The position numbers were made by a program, and so were the translations under genes. Shown here piece by piece: positions 39,735-49,553 of a stretch of DNA of 64,000 nucleotides. Under the pieces are notes generated by a model, which did no database searches, was not told the origin of the DNA, and saw only the letters and a list, made by a program, of their open reading frames with translations. Source of the DNA: Novosphingobium sp. (GTDB lineage Bacteria; Pseudomonadota; Alphaproteobacteria; Sphingomonadales; Sphingomonadaceae); contig JANPMA010000299.1 of NCBI GenBank assembly GCA_031422595.1, positions 3,003 to 67,002 on the forward strand, read 5' to 3'. Positions within the stretch are counted from its first letter, which is position 1; the number at the start of each line of letters is the position of its first letter.

Positions 39735-40333
39735 GGCATGTCTCCAGTTGCCGCCTCGACCACGTCGCGCAGGCGGTCCTTGCCGAACCACATCTGGTCG
39801 CCAAGGAAGAAGGCTGGAACTCCGAACGCCCCGCGCGCCACGGCATCTTCGGTGTTGGAAACCAGCTTGGCCTTGACCTCGGGGTCCTGCGCCGCTGCGC
39901 CCAGCGCCGCGGCATTGAGCCCGGCTGAGGCCACCGCTTCGGCCCAGACCTTGGGATCGTCGAGCTTCAACCCCTGCTCCCATAGGCCGACCATCATCGC
40001 TTCGATGTAGGCCTCGGCGCAGCCCTGCTGCTCGGCGGCGATCGCGCCGCGCATTGCCAGCAGGGTGTTGACCGGGAAATGCGGGTTCATCCTGAAATTA
40101 TTGATGTCATGCCGGGCCATGAACCGGCGCATCTCAAGCATATCGTAGTCGCGCTTGGCCGCGATGTGGCCATAGGCCTGCATCGGGCTCTGGTTGCCGG
40201 TGGCCTTGAAGATTCCGCCGAGCAGCACCGGGACATAGCGGGGTTCAACCTCGCCCATGTCTTCGAGCGCACGGTGCACCAGATAGGCGTTTGGGCTGCC
40301 GAAGTCGTATAGAAATTCGATCTCGCGGGCCAT
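39731..40333 (-). CDS. 2-hydroxychromene-2-carboxylate isomerase / DsbA-like thioredoxin-fold protein
   Basis: Contains IEFLYDFGSPNAY and ARGAFGVPAFFLGDQMWFGKDRL. The start is chosen as the ATG overlapping the upstream stop (TGATG); the ATG at 40339 is an alternative. Confidence 0.7.
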   Translation of the reverse strand: MAREIEFLYDFGSPNAYLVHRALEDMGEVEPRYVPVLLGGIFKATGNQSPMQAYGHIAAKRDYDMLEMRRFMARHDINNFRMNPHFPVNTLLAMRGAIAAEQQGCAEAYIEAMMVGLWEQGLKLDDPKVWAEAVASAGLNAAALGAAAQDPEVKAKLVSNTEDAVARGAFGVPAFFLGDQMWFGKDRLRDVVEAATGDMP

Positions 40334-41055
40334 CACCATGTCTCTCCGTATGGCCTGATCACCTGTTCGAAAGTCCAGGCGCTCTTGGGCTGGTTGTAGA
40401 GCGCCCAATAGGCCTCGGCCACGGCCTCGGGCGGCATCAAGAGGTCGGGCTGCATGGCCAGCGCCTCGGCCCCGATCCGTTCGGTCACCCGCGCGCGGAC
40501 CCATTCGGTATCGACCCCGGCGTCGATCACCAGATGCACGACGTGGATTCCCTTGGGCCACAGCTCGCGCGCGGCGCTTTCGGCGGTGAGGCGCAGGCCC
40601 GCTTTGGCGGCGGCAAAGGCGGCATAGCCCGGATTGCCGCGCAAGCCGGCGGTGGCGCCGGTGACAAAGATCTTGCCTGCCGCGCGCGGCAGCATCAGCC
40701 GGGCGGCTTCGCGCAGGGTGGTGAATCCGGCGAAGCAGGCCATTTCCCAGACCTTGCGGAACACCCGGTCGGTGGTTTCGAGCAGCGGGAACTGCACATT
40801 GGCGCCGACGTTGAACACCACCAGCGCGAGCGGGGCAATTGCCTCTGCTTCGGCCAGGAACGCGGCGACATCGTCGGGCTCGCGGGCATCGAGGCTGCGG
40901 CCGGTGACCTTGCCGCCCAGCAGCGCGGCCAGCTTGTCGCCATTGCGGCGCCCGGCGTGGACCGCAAAGCCCTCGGCTGCGAACTTGCGAACAATGCCTG
41001 CGCCAATGAAATCGCCCGCGCCCAGCACCGCGACTGATTGCACCGGCGCGGTCAC
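40333..41055 (-). CDS. SDR-family oxidoreductase
   Basis: Contains VAVLGAGDFIGAGIVRKF (Rossmann motif) and YAAFAAAK (Y-x3-K). 240 aa. Confidence 0.8.
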   Translation of the reverse strand: MTAPVQSVAVLGAGDFIGAGIVRKFAAEGFAVHAGRRNGDKLAALLGGKVTGRSLDAREPDDVAAFLAEAEAIAPLALVVFNVGANVQFPLLETTDRVFRKVWEMACFAGFTTLREAARLMLPRAAGKIFVTGATAGLRGNPGYAAFAAAKAGLRLTAESAARELWPKGIHVVHLVIDAGVDTEWVRARVTERIGAEALAMQPDLLMPPEAVAEAYWALYNQPKSAWTFEQVIRPYGETW

Positions 41056-41498
41056 TTGCGGTCCAGCGGGATCACCGCGACAGTAAGGCGCGAAATGCAG
41101 ACCAGCTTGTCGGCCCCGTCCTCGATCCGGATTGTCCAGACCTGGGTGGTACGGCCCAGCGATTCGGGCCGGGCGGTGGCATAGACGAAGCCATCATAGG
41201 CCGGGCGGATGTGGTTGGCGTTGATTTCCATTCCCACCGCGACATGCTGTTCGCGATCGATGCAGAAACTGGCGGCGACCGAGCCGATGGTTTCGGCGAG
41301 CGCCACAGAGGCCCCGCCGTGGAGCCGCTTGAACGGCTGCTGGGTGCGGTGATCGACCGGCATCCGCGCGCGGATCCAGTCATCGCCGCAATCGACGAAT
41401 TCGATCCCGAGATGGCCGGGCAGGGCATTTTCGCCCAGCGCGGTCATCGGTTCCAGAGGCGGGCGCTGGCCGCCCCACCAGATTGATGCGTTGCTCAT
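41052..41498 (-). CDS. PaaI/hotdog-fold thioesterase
   Basis: 148 aa. Contains QPFKRLHGGASVALAETIGS, the PaaI-type HGG motif. Confidence 0.75.
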   Translation of the reverse strand: MSNASIWWGGQRPPLEPMTALGENALPGHLGIEFVDCGDDWIRARMPVDHRTQQPFKRLHGGASVALAETIGSVAASFCIDREQHVAVGMEINANHIRPAYDGFVYATARPESLGRTTQVWTIRIEDGADKLVCISRLTVAVIPLDRK

Positions 41499-41541
41499 TG
41501 CAACGCAGACTGGCGCAGGCGGACGTCGGTGTAAACCGTTG

Positions 41542-43071
41542 CTAGGCCGGCTCCGCCACCTTCTTGCCGGCGCGGACCCCGTCGTAGAGGAATTCGCTGC
41601 CTTCCAGATCGGTCGCCGGGATCTGGTCGCGTTCGGCCCAGTAGTCCTGGTTGTGGCGCCATTCGGGCTTGTCGCCGCGCTGGGGCAGGTCCTTGAGCCC
41701 GCGCATCAGGTAGCTTGGATTGAAGTTGTCGTTTTCGATCCAGTCGCCCAGCGGCATGTTGTGATCCTCGTCGCGCAAGGCGACATCCACCCGCTTGGCA
41801 TGCTTTTGGTCCATGTGGTTGAGCAGGTTGCAGACGAAATCGCCAAGCATATCGACGCGCAGGGTCCAGCTCGCCCGGAAATAGCCCATCACCCAGACCA
41901 TATTGGGCACCCCGGTGAACATCATCCCGCGGTAGTTGACGGTTTGATGCCAATCGACCGGCTTGCCATCGACCTCGAACGGGATCCCGCCCATCATCAG
42001 CAGGTTGAAGCCCGTCGCGGCGACAATGATGTCGGCTTCGATTTCGGTCCCGTCCTTGGTCCGCACACCCGTTTGGGTGAAGGTATCGAGTTCGTCGGTC
42101 ACAACCGAGAGCTTACCCTCCACCGCCGCCTTGAAAATGTCGCCCTCGGGGCAGAAGGCCAGGCGCTGCTGCCACGGGCGGTACTTGGGGATGAAGTGCG
42201 GTTCGAACTGGAAATCCGGCTTGCCGGTAAAGGCGCGGACCAGCTCCTTGAGCTCTTCAAAGACCTGGTCGGGTTCTTCGATACAGCGCTTGGTCATGGC
42301 GTCCTGATCGAACATGATCTGAGCGCGGACCACGCGGTGGATGGTCGGCTCGTCGATTCCGCCGGCGCGCAGCTTGTCGGCCAGATCGTTCTTGTTCTCG
42401 GCGCAGAAGAAATAGGTCGGCGAACGCTGCAGCATGGTGACGTGCGCGGCCTTTTCGGCAAAGGCCGGGATCACCGTGGCGGCGGTCGCGCCCGAACCGA
42501 TCACCAGGATCTTCTTGCCGGCATAGTCGGTCTTGGGATCCCACAGCTGGGCGTGGACCAGCAGGCCCTTGTACTTATCCATCCCTGGCCAATCGGGCAT
42601 GTAGGGCTTTTCGTGATCGTAATAGCCCTGGCACATCCACAGGAAATTGCAGCTGAAGGTGTGCGAGGCGCCGTCCCTGGTGCTGGCTTCAACCGTCCAC
42701 AGGCTGGTCCTGCTGTCCCACGCCGCTTTGGTGATGCGGTGGCCATAATGGATGTGATCGCCGATCCCGCTCTCCGCGATCACTTCGCCCATATAGTCGA
42801 GGATCGCCTGTCCCGAAGCGATCGGGGTGCCGACCCACGGCTTGAAGCGGTAGCCGAACGTATAGAGATCGCTGTCCGAGCGGACACCGGGATATTTGTG
42901 GGTTTCCCAGGTGCCCCCAAAAGTGTCCTTCATTTCGAGGATCGCATAGCTTTTGCCCGGACACTGCTGCTGCAGATGCCAGGCCGAGCCGATCCCCGAA
43001 ATCCCTGCCCCGACGATCACCACATCGACATGGGTTACCCGATCCTTCGCTGCCAGAGCTGCGCTTGCCAT
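41542..43071 (-). CDS. Flavin-containing / Baeyer-Villiger-type monooxygenase (EthA-like)
   Basis: ATG at 43071 has GGAGG 6 nt upstream. Contains VVIVGAGISGIG, FGGTWETHKYPGVRSD and VIGSGATAA. Confidence 0.8.
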   Translation of the reverse strand: MASAALAAKDRVTHVDVVIVGAGISGIGSAWHLQQQCPGKSYAILEMKDTFGGTWETHKYPGVRSDSDLYTFGYRFKPWVGTPIASGQAILDYMGEVIAESGIGDHIHYGHRITKAAWDSRTSLWTVEASTRDGASHTFSCNFLWMCQGYYDHEKPYMPDWPGMDKYKGLLVHAQLWDPKTDYAGKKILVIGSGATAATVIPAFAEKAAHVTMLQRSPTYFFCAENKNDLADKLRAGGIDEPTIHRVVRAQIMFDQDAMTKRCIEEPDQVFEELKELVRAFTGKPDFQFEPHFIPKYRPWQQRLAFCPEGDIFKAAVEGKLSVVTDELDTFTQTGVRTKDGTEIEADIIVAATGFNLLMMGGIPFEVDGKPVDWHQTVNYRGMMFTGVPNMVWVMGYFRASWTLRVDMLGDFVCNLLNHMDQKHAKRVDVALRDEDHNMPLGDWIENDNFNPSYLMRGLKDLPQRGDKPEWRHNQDYWAERDQIPATDLEGSEFLYDGVRAGKKVAEPA

Positions 43072-43215
43072 TGTCATCCTCCGTCTGAATGCGCGCATGA
43101 ACGGCGCGGTCGCGGCCGGTTTCGACTCACAACGCGATCGGAGCATTGACCGGGATCAAGGGCAAGCACGAAATTAGGGTGATTGCCCTAAAGCTAGTTC
43201 CACTCACGTGGAAGC

Positions 43216-43295
43216 AACACCGGCCCGCTCCCCCTCCCGGCCACCCAACACTAGGTTACCCTATGGGTGGCCGGGAGGGGGAGCGGGCCGGTGTT
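43216..43295. repeat. 31-bp perfect inverted repeat with an 18-nt loop (REP-like palindrome / terminator)
   Basis: aacaccggcccgctccccctcccggccaccc (43216-43246) is the exact reverse complement of gggtggccgggagggggagcgggccggtgtt (43265-43295). It lies between two co-oriented minus-strand genes. Confidence 0.8.
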
Positions 43296-43323
43296 ACGCT
43301 GTTTCAGCTTGTCTGAAACAGAC

Positions 43324-43914
43324 CTAGATCATCACCGATTGCCATTCGCGGATCGCATCGATCGGCCAGACCAGCATCAGCACGTTGAGCGTCAGATTGT
43401 CGCGGATCATGACCAGGGTGAACAGCTCGAACATGATTGCCATGGCCACGCTGGCCTTCCACGGCAGGCGGCTGGCGATCCAGAAACCCAGCGCCATGAA
43501 ACCCAGGTCCGCCAGCGAGTTGATCACCGCATCGCCGCTGTAACCGAAGCTGGCGGTAACCGCGCGGTAGCGATCGATGATCAGCGGCGAGTTTTCGAGC
43601 AGTTCCCAGAAGCCTTCGAACGCCACCGCGATCGGCAAGGCCCAGATTGCGGGCTTGCCGCCGAACAGCTTCCATTTGCGCCACAGGATGTGTGCGAAAA
43701 AGTAGAACAGCAGCCCGTGGATCACATGACTGAAGGCGTACCAGTCAGCAATGTGCTGGCTGTTTTCGCTCGATTGCACCACCCCGTGCCACAGTTTGAC
43801 CGTGCCGCATGCGCAGATCGGCGCCCGGCCCATGCCGAGCAGGATCGCGCCGATCGCGGCGGCCATCGCCAGCGAGAGAATCAGGCCCCGGCGATCGGGC
43901 ATCAGGCTGGTCAT
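43324..43914 (-). CDS. UPF0314 / DUF2585 family membrane protein
   Basis: 196 aa. Contains ICACGTVKLWHG...SENSQHIADWYAFSHVIHG and EN.P.II.RYR-type motifs, which I recall for this alphaproteobacterial family. Confidence 0.7.
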   Translation of the reverse strand: MTSLMPDRRGLILSLAMAAAIGAILLGMGRAPICACGTVKLWHGVVQSSENSQHIADWYAFSHVIHGLLFYFFAHILWRKWKLFGGKPAIWALPIAVAFEGFWELLENSPLIIDRYRAVTASFGYSGDAVINSLADLGFMALGFWIASRLPWKASVAMAIMFELFTLVMIRDNLTLNVLMLVWPIDAIREWQSVMI

Positions 43915-44444
43915 TGCGGTTCCTCCCTTGGCGATGCTCCATCACCTTCGCCCAGCGCGCGCTGCATGTAAACGGTATCGAGCCAGCGCCCTTGCTTGCG
44001 CCCGATGGCGCGCATGGTTCCGGCGTGGGTAAAGCCGAGCGCGGCGTGGAGCGCGATCGAGGCTGGCCCGGCCCCGCCGATCACCGCGATCATCTGGCGA
44101 AAGCCGTAAGCCTCGCAGGCTTCGATCAGCCCGGTGAGCAGCGCCTTGCCCAGCCCCTGGCCATGCCGGTCATGGCGGATATAGATCGAATCCTCGCAAG
44201 TGAAGCGATAGGCCGCGCGGTCGCGGAACTGGCTGGCATAGGCATAGCCCAGCATCGCGCCGTCAGGCTCGCGCGCGATCAGCCAGGGCCAGCCTTGATC
44301 CATTACCTTGCCCATGCGCGCCGCCATTTCAGCGGCAAGCGGCGGCGCGGTTTCAAAGCTGGCCACGCCGTGCAGCACATGATGGGCATAGATTTCCGCT
44401 ACTTCGGCGGCATCGGCAGGCAGGGCCGGGGCAATCGCAACCAT
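43911..44444 (-). CDS. GNAT N-acetyltransferase (phosphinothricin acetyltransferase-like)
   Basis: 177-aa C-terminal part of the 342-aa ORF. Contains EIYAHHVLHGVASFE and RHDRHGQGLGKALL (Q/RxxGxG/A acetyl-CoA motif). Confidence 0.75.
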   Translation of the reverse strand: MVAIAPALPADAAEVAEIYAHHVLHGVASFETAPPLAAEMAARMGKVMDQGWPWLIAREPDGAMLGYAYASQFRDRAAYRFTCEDSIYIRHDRHGQGLGKALLTGLIEACEAYGFRQMIAVIGGAGPASIALHAALGFTHAGTMRAIGRKQGRWLDTVYMQRALGEGDGASPREEPQ

Positions 44445-44522
44445 GCGCACACCCTGCCGCATCGCAGGCCATTCGCCAAGGGGCGTTGCATGATCCACCG
44501 GCAAGCGTAAAACCGCGCAGCG

Positions 44523-46040
44523 ATGGTCACCTTGGGCAAGAATGCGGAGCGCGATCCCACCCGGCGCAGCGCCTGCGTGATCGGCGCCGGGCTGAGCGGG
44601 CTGGCCGCGGCGATCCGGCTTCAGGCCGGCGGGGTAGCGACCACGCTGATCGAAGCCCGCGCCGAGCCCGGCGGGTGCCTGCGGCGTTGGCGCAAGGACG
44701 GCTTCACCTTTGAAGAGGGCCCTTCGCTGCTCGCCGATCTGGCCCCCTTGCGCGAGCTGTGGAGCCTGACCGGCGAGGACCTGGGCGAAGCGATCGAGCT
44801 GGCCGAAGTCACCCCGGCCTGCCGGTTCAACTGGACCGACGGCGCTCAGTTCGACCTTGGCGTGAGCGAAGCCGAGCTGGCCCGCCAGATCGCCCGGCTG
44901 GCCCCGGGCGATATCGCCGGGTTCGAGGAGCTGCGCCACTGGTCAAACGCGGCGCGGATCGACGGCTGGCAGCGCCTCGGCGAAAGCGCGCTGGAAAGCC
45001 CTGCGGCCGCGCTGCGCGCCTTGCCTGCGCTGGTCCGCAGCCAGGGCTGGCGCAGCGCCTGGTCGCTGGTCAGCGCTTTCGTCAAGGACCGCCACTTGCG
45101 CGAGGCGCTCGCTTTCCCGGTGCTGCAAGCCGGGGCCAGTCCCTTCGCCGCCAGCGCGCTGCACCTGCTGGGCCAGCAATTGCCCGGCGCCCAGGGCGGC
45201 TGGTGGCCGCTGGGCGGGATGGTTTCGCTGGCCGAAACCATGGCCGCGCGGTTCGAGAAGCTGGGCGGCACTGTGCGGCTGCACGATCCGGTCGTGCGGC
45301 TGCATGCGGTCGGCAACCGGATCAACCAAGTCGAATGCCAGAGCGGCTGGCGCGGACATTTCGATGCCGTGGCTTCGGGCGCCGATGCCTATCACACCTA
45401 CCGCGATCTGTTGAAGGACCTGCCGCGCGGATCGCAGATGGCGGGCAAGCTGCAAAAACGGCGCTATTCGCCTTCGGCCTTTTCGGTCCATTTCGCGCTC
45501 GAAGGGACCTGGCCGGGAATCCCGCACCATAGCGTGCTGTTCGGCCCGCGCTTTGGCGAACTGATTGACGACCTGTTCGATCACGGGGTCCTGCCGCAGG
45601 ACTTCGTGCTGACTTTGCATCACCCCAGCGTGAGCGATCCGGCGCTCGCCCCGGCCGGCCAGAGTGTCTTTCGCGCGACGATCCCGGTGGCGCACCTGGG
45701 CAAGCTGCCGATCGATTGGGAAACTGTCGCGCCGCTGATCGAAAAACGGATCCTGAATGAAGTCGGGCGGCGGCTGATCCCTGATATCCACGACCGCGTG
45801 GTGACCAGCTTTGCCACCACCCCGCGCGACCTGGCGCTGGAGCTCAATTACCACCTGGGCAGCGCCTGGAGCCTGGAGGCGAGCGCACTGCAATCGGGAC
45901 CGCTGCGCCTGGCGCACAAGGACCCGCGGCTCGCCAACATGTACCTGGTCGGCGCAGCGACCCACCCCGGCGCGGGGGTTGCGGCGGTGCTGGCGGGTGC
46001 TAAGGCCGCCGCGGGACTGATGTTGAAGGAGCTGATGTGA
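44523..46040 (+). CDS. Phytoene desaturase family FAD oxidoreductase (CrtI/CrtD-like)
   Basis: Contains CVIGAGLSGLAAAIRL and EARAEPGGC. The C-terminal motif is NMYLVGAATHPGAGVAAVLAGAK. The exact start is uncertain. Confidence 0.75.
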   Translation: MVTLGKNAERDPTRRSACVIGAGLSGLAAAIRLQAGGVATTLIEARAEPGGCLRRWRKDGFTFEEGPSLLADLAPLRELWSLTGEDLGEAIELAEVTPACRFNWTDGAQFDLGVSEAELARQIARLAPGDIAGFEELRHWSNAARIDGWQRLGESALESPAAALRALPALVRSQGWRSAWSLVSAFVKDRHLREALAFPVLQAGASPFAASALHLLGQQLPGAQGGWWPLGGMVSLAETMAARFEKLGGTVRLHDPVVRLHAVGNRINQVECQSGWRGHFDAVASGADAYHTYRDLLKDLPRGSQMAGKLQKRRYSPSAFSVHFALEGTWPGIPHHSVLFGPRFGELIDDLFDHGVLPQDFVLTLHHPSVSDPALAPAGQSVFRATIPVAHLGKLPIDWETVAPLIEKRILNEVGRRLIPDIHDRVVTSFATTPRDLALELNYHLGSAWSLEASALQSGPLRLAHKDPRLANMYLVGAATHPGAGVAAVLAGAKAAAGLMLKELM

Positions 46041-46618
46041 AACGCCTTGCCGTCTATTGCGGGTCAGCGACCCCCGAAGATCCGCGCTATATCGAACTGG
46101 CCGGGGCGATTGGCGCCAGCCTGGCCGGGCGCGGGATCGCCGTGGTCTATGGTGGCGGGCGGCTGGGGCTGATGGGCGCGGTGGCCCAAGGCGCGCTGGG
46201 TGCCGGCGGCGAAGTGATCGGGGTGATCCCCGAAGCCTTGGTCTCGAGCGAGGTTGCCAACCACGATTGCACCGAACTGATCGTGGTGGCCGACATGCAT
46301 GAGCGCAAGGCTGCCTTCACCCGCCTGTCCGACGGGTTCCTGACCATTCCCGGCGGGGTCGGGACGATGGACGAGCTGTGGGAGGCGGTTTCGTGGGCGC
46401 AGCTGGGCTATCACGCCAAGCCGGTCGGGCTGCTCAATGCTTTCGGTTTTTTCGACCACCTGATTGCCTTCAATCACCACATGGCCGCGGTCGGCTTTAT
46501 CCGCCCAGCGCACCAGGGGATCATCATCGCCGAGGCCGAGCTTGACCTGCTGCTGACCCGAATGGCGGCGCATGAGCCGCACACCCCGATCTTCGCGATG
46601 AAATCAAGCGAACTTTGA
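46037..46618 (+). CDS. LOG-family nucleotide 5'-monophosphate nucleosidase (TIGR00730)
   Basis: Contains VYGGGRLGLMG and PGGVGTMDELWE. The start overlaps the upstream stop. Confidence 0.85.
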   Translation: MKRLAVYCGSATPEDPRYIELAGAIGASLAGRGIAVVYGGGRLGLMGAVAQGALGAGGEVIGVIPEALVSSEVANHDCTELIVVADMHERKAAFTRLSDGFLTIPGGVGTMDELWEAVSWAQLGYHAKPVGLLNAFGFFDHLIAFNHHMAAVGFIRPAHQGIIIAEAELDLLLTRMAAHEPHTPIFAMKSSEL

Positions 46619-46780
46619 ATAGGGTTGCAGCCTAAGATTAGTGCGCCAAAGCCACACTTGCGCTGGAATCGTTACACCGGGACGTCAGCAAGATTGACAC
46701 GGGATGAACGGGCAATAGCGATGCCCCACCGCAGAAATGCCGTTTCCGGCGTTGCGGACAACGAAAAAACGGAGAATCTT

Positions 46781-49438
46781 ATGCGAATTGACGCAAGCCG
46801 TACCATGAGGAAGGTCGCGCTCGCCGCTTCGGCCGCCAGTGTGGCGATCCTTTTTGCCAGCCCCACCTATGCCCAGGCCGCCCAAGGCGCCGAAGAGGAA
46901 GCCGCCGCGCCGTCTGAAGGCATCGTGGTCATCGGTACCCGCCGGGCCGACCGCACCGTCACTGACAGCGCTTCGCCGGTCGACGTGATCAGCAGCGACG
47001 ACCTGGCGACCCAGTCAGCTTCGAACATGCTCGACAGCGTCAAGAACATTATCCCCTCGTTCTATGTCGGCCAGAACACCATTTCCGACGCCTCGACGTT
47101 CGTGCGCGCGCCTTCGCTGCGCGGCCTGCCGAGCGACGAAATCCTCGTCATGCTGGGCGGCAAGCGTTTCAACCGTTCGGCGCTGGTCCAGGTTTACACC
47201 GGCGGCGATACCGCGCTGGCGTTCGGCTCGCACGGTTCGGACATTTCGGTGATCCCCTCGATCGGGATCAAGAGCCTGCAGGTTCTGCGTGATGGCGCGA
47301 CCGCCCAATACGGTTCGGACGCAATCGGCGGCGTGCTCAACTATGGCCTGCGCGACGATGCCGGGCTTGAACTCCAGGGCCGCTATGGCCAGACCTACCA
47401 GGGCGACGGCAAGAGCTGGCAGGTTGCCGGTAACGCCGGGATCAAGCTGGGCGAGCGCGGGTTCATCAATGTTTCGGCCGAATATTTTGACGATGGCCAG
47501 ACCAGCCGCGGCCAGACCCGTCCGGTTGCGATCGTTTTCGCCAATGCCAATCCGGGTCTCGTCAATCAGCTGCCGAACTATCCGGGGCCGGTGCAGATCT
47601 GGGGTTCCTCGCCGGTCAACGGCTACAAGGGCCTGCTCAATGCCGCCTACGAATTGACCGACACCGTCGAATTCTACCTGATCGGCAACCTGGCGCATTC
47701 GGAAGGCGACCAGAGCTTCAACTACCGCTCGCCGATCAGCGCGCCCAACCTGGTGGTCAACGACGGTTCGGGCAACACCACCCGCTCGCCAGGCCGCAAC
47801 TCGGCCTTTTCCCATCCGATCTATCTGACCCCGTGCCCGGCCGCGACGCCCAGCTGCCCGACCGGCGGATTTGTCTTCTCGAACCTCGCCAACACCCAGC
47901 AGACCTACAACTTCACCACGCTCTACCCGGCCGGCTTCACCCCGCGCTTCGTGGGTGTGGTCGATCAGGTCTTTGGCGTGGCGGGATTGAAGGGCAAGTC
48001 GGGCGGTCTGACCTATGACCTGTCGGCCTCGCTCAGCAAGGCGCAGCTTGACCTGTCGATGTACAACTCGCTGAGCCCGTCCTACGGTCCGACAACGCAG
48101 ACTTCGTTCCAGTTCGGCAAGCTGATCCAGACCGAATTCAATGCCACCCTCGACATGACCTACGAAATCGATGCCGGCATGGCCAGCCCGCTGACCCTGT
48201 CGTGGGGCGCTGAATACCGTAAGGAAGGCTATGAGCAGACCGCGGGCGATCCGCAGTCGTACGGCGCCGGGCCTTTCGCTTCGCAGAACCTCTACCGCGA
48301 AACCGCACCGGGGGTCTATGTCTTCAACTCGAACGTCGGCATGCCGACCGGGGCGAGCGGCTATGGCGGAACCAGCACCACTTTCGCCGGCAAGTTCAAC
48401 CAGGCGAGCTATGGTGCCTATGTCGGGCTCGAAGGCGATCTCAGCGATGCCTTCACGTTCGGCCTGGCCGGGCGTTGGGAGCACTATGATACTTTCGGCA
48501 ACACCGTCGTCGGCAAGGCCAACTTCATCGCGCATCTGACCGAAGTGGTGGCTGTGCGCGGCACTGTCGGGACCGGTTTTCACGCTCCCTCACCGGGGCA
48601 GAACAACGTCTCGATCCTGACCACCAACTTCGTGGCAGGCAACCAGGTCCAGACGGGTACCTATCCGGTGACCAGCTCGATCGCGCAGTATTTCGGCGGG
48701 GTTTCGCTCAAACCGGCCAAGGCCACCAACTTTGGCCTGGGCGTGGTGATCACTCCGGCTCCGTCGTTCACCCTGGCGATCGACGCCTATTCGGTGCGCG
48801 TGCGCGACCGGATCGGCATTTCGCAGAGCTTCAACGTGACGGCTGCCGACATCCTTGCGCTGCCGGCCTTGATTGCGGTGGGCGATGGCGGCGTGGTGAA
48901 CTACTTCACCAACTCGTTCAACACCACCACCGACGGCGTTGACGTGGTCGCCACCTACAAGACCGAATTCCTGGGTGGCCGAACCAACCTGACCATGGCT
49001 TACAACTACAATATGAGCCGGGTCACCAAGTTCAATCCGGCCCTGATCAGCGCTGCTCAAATCCAGGACATCCGTCACCTGGCGCCGAACCACCGCCTCA
49101 ACCTGTCGGCCAACTGGCAGAGCGGCAACTGGTCGGTTAACGTGGCCGAACGCCTGTTCGGTTCCTGGGGTAACGAGAACGACTATCCGGGGCAGACCTT
49201 CGGGACCAAGCTGACCACGGACTTGGACGTCAGCTATACCTTCATGGACAACTTCACGCTGACCCTGGGTGCGAACAACCTGTTCGACAAGTATCCGGAC
49301 AAGATCGCGGCTTCGCCTTCGAACCCGATCTATGCCCTGACCCAAAGCACTGCTGACGGCCAGGTCTATCCGCGTAACGGCGGTCCCTTCGGGATCAACG
49401 GCGGGTTCTGGTACGTCCGCCTCAAGGTCAAGTATTGA
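46781..49438 (+). CDS. TonB-dependent outer-membrane receptor
   Basis: ATG at 46781 follows ACGGAGA. It has a signal peptide ending YAQA, plug motifs (IVVIGTRR, LRGLPSDEILVMLGGKR, GSDAIGGVLNY) and a barrel ending FWYVRLKVKY. Confidence 0.9.
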   Translation: MRIDASRTMRKVALAASAASVAILFASPTYAQAAQGAEEEAAAPSEGIVVIGTRRADRTVTDSASPVDVISSDDLATQSASNMLDSVKNIIPSFYVGQNTISDASTFVRAPSLRGLPSDEILVMLGGKRFNRSALVQVYTGGDTALAFGSHGSDISVIPSIGIKSLQVLRDGATAQYGSDAIGGVLNYGLRDDAGLELQGRYGQTYQGDGKSWQVAGNAGIKLGERGFINVSAEYFDDGQTSRGQTRPVAIVFANANPGLVNQLPNYPGPVQIWGSSPVNGYKGLLNAAYELTDTVEFYLIGNLAHSEGDQSFNYRSPISAPNLVVNDGSGNTTRSPGRNSAFSHPIYLTPCPAATPSCPTGGFVFSNLANTQQTYNFTTLYPAGFTPRFVGVVDQVFGVAGLKGKSGGLTYDLSASLSKAQLDLSMYNSLSPSYGPTTQTSFQFGKLIQTEFNATLDMTYEIDAGMASPLTLSWGAEYRKEGYEQTAGDPQSYGAGPFASQNLYRETAPGVYVFNSNVGMPTGASGYGGTSTTFAGKFNQASYGAYVGLEGDLSDAFTFGLAGRWEHYDTFGNTVVGKANFIAHLTEVVAVRGTVGTGFHAPSPGQNNVSILTTNFVAGNQVQTGTYPVTSSIAQYFGGVSLKPAKATNFGLGVVITPAPSFTLAIDAYSVRVRDRIGISQSFNVTAADILALPALIAVGDGGVVNYFTNSFNTTTDGVDVVATYKTEFLGGRTNLTMAYNYNMSRVTKFNPALISAAQIQDIRHLAPNHRLNLSANWQSGNWSVNVAERLFGSWGNENDYPGQTFGTKLTTDLDVSYTFMDNFTLTLGANNLFDKYPDKIAASPSNPIYALTQSTADGQVYPRNGGPFGINGGFWYVRLKVKY

Positions 49439-49483
49439 TCTGACGGTCCCCCAGCGGGATCTGACGGCACTAACAATGCCAAT

Positions 49484-49521
49484 GGGGCGGGGAGGCTGCG
49501 GCTTCCCCGCCCCTTCCTTTT
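49484..49521 (+). terminator. Rho-independent terminator after the TonB-dependent receptor gene
   Basis: GGGGCGGGGA (49484-49493) pairs with TCCCCGCCCC (49504-49513), followed by ttccttttg. Confidence 0.7.
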
Positions 49522-49553
49522 GTGCCAACACTTGGGCTCACGGGAGGACAGGC

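Noticed and set aside
38928-40010. A 360-aa plus-strand ORF across the SDR and isomerase genes.
   Set aside because: It is antisense to two genes with clear SDR and DsbA-like motifs, and it has shadow-ORF composition.
46619-46780. Possible riboswitch or leader upstream of the TonB-dependent receptor.
   Set aside because: I found no recognisable conserved riboswitch core, for example a cobalamin B12-box or TPP motif. The 5' extension of the 937-aa ORF looks non-coding, but I cannot assign a structure to it.
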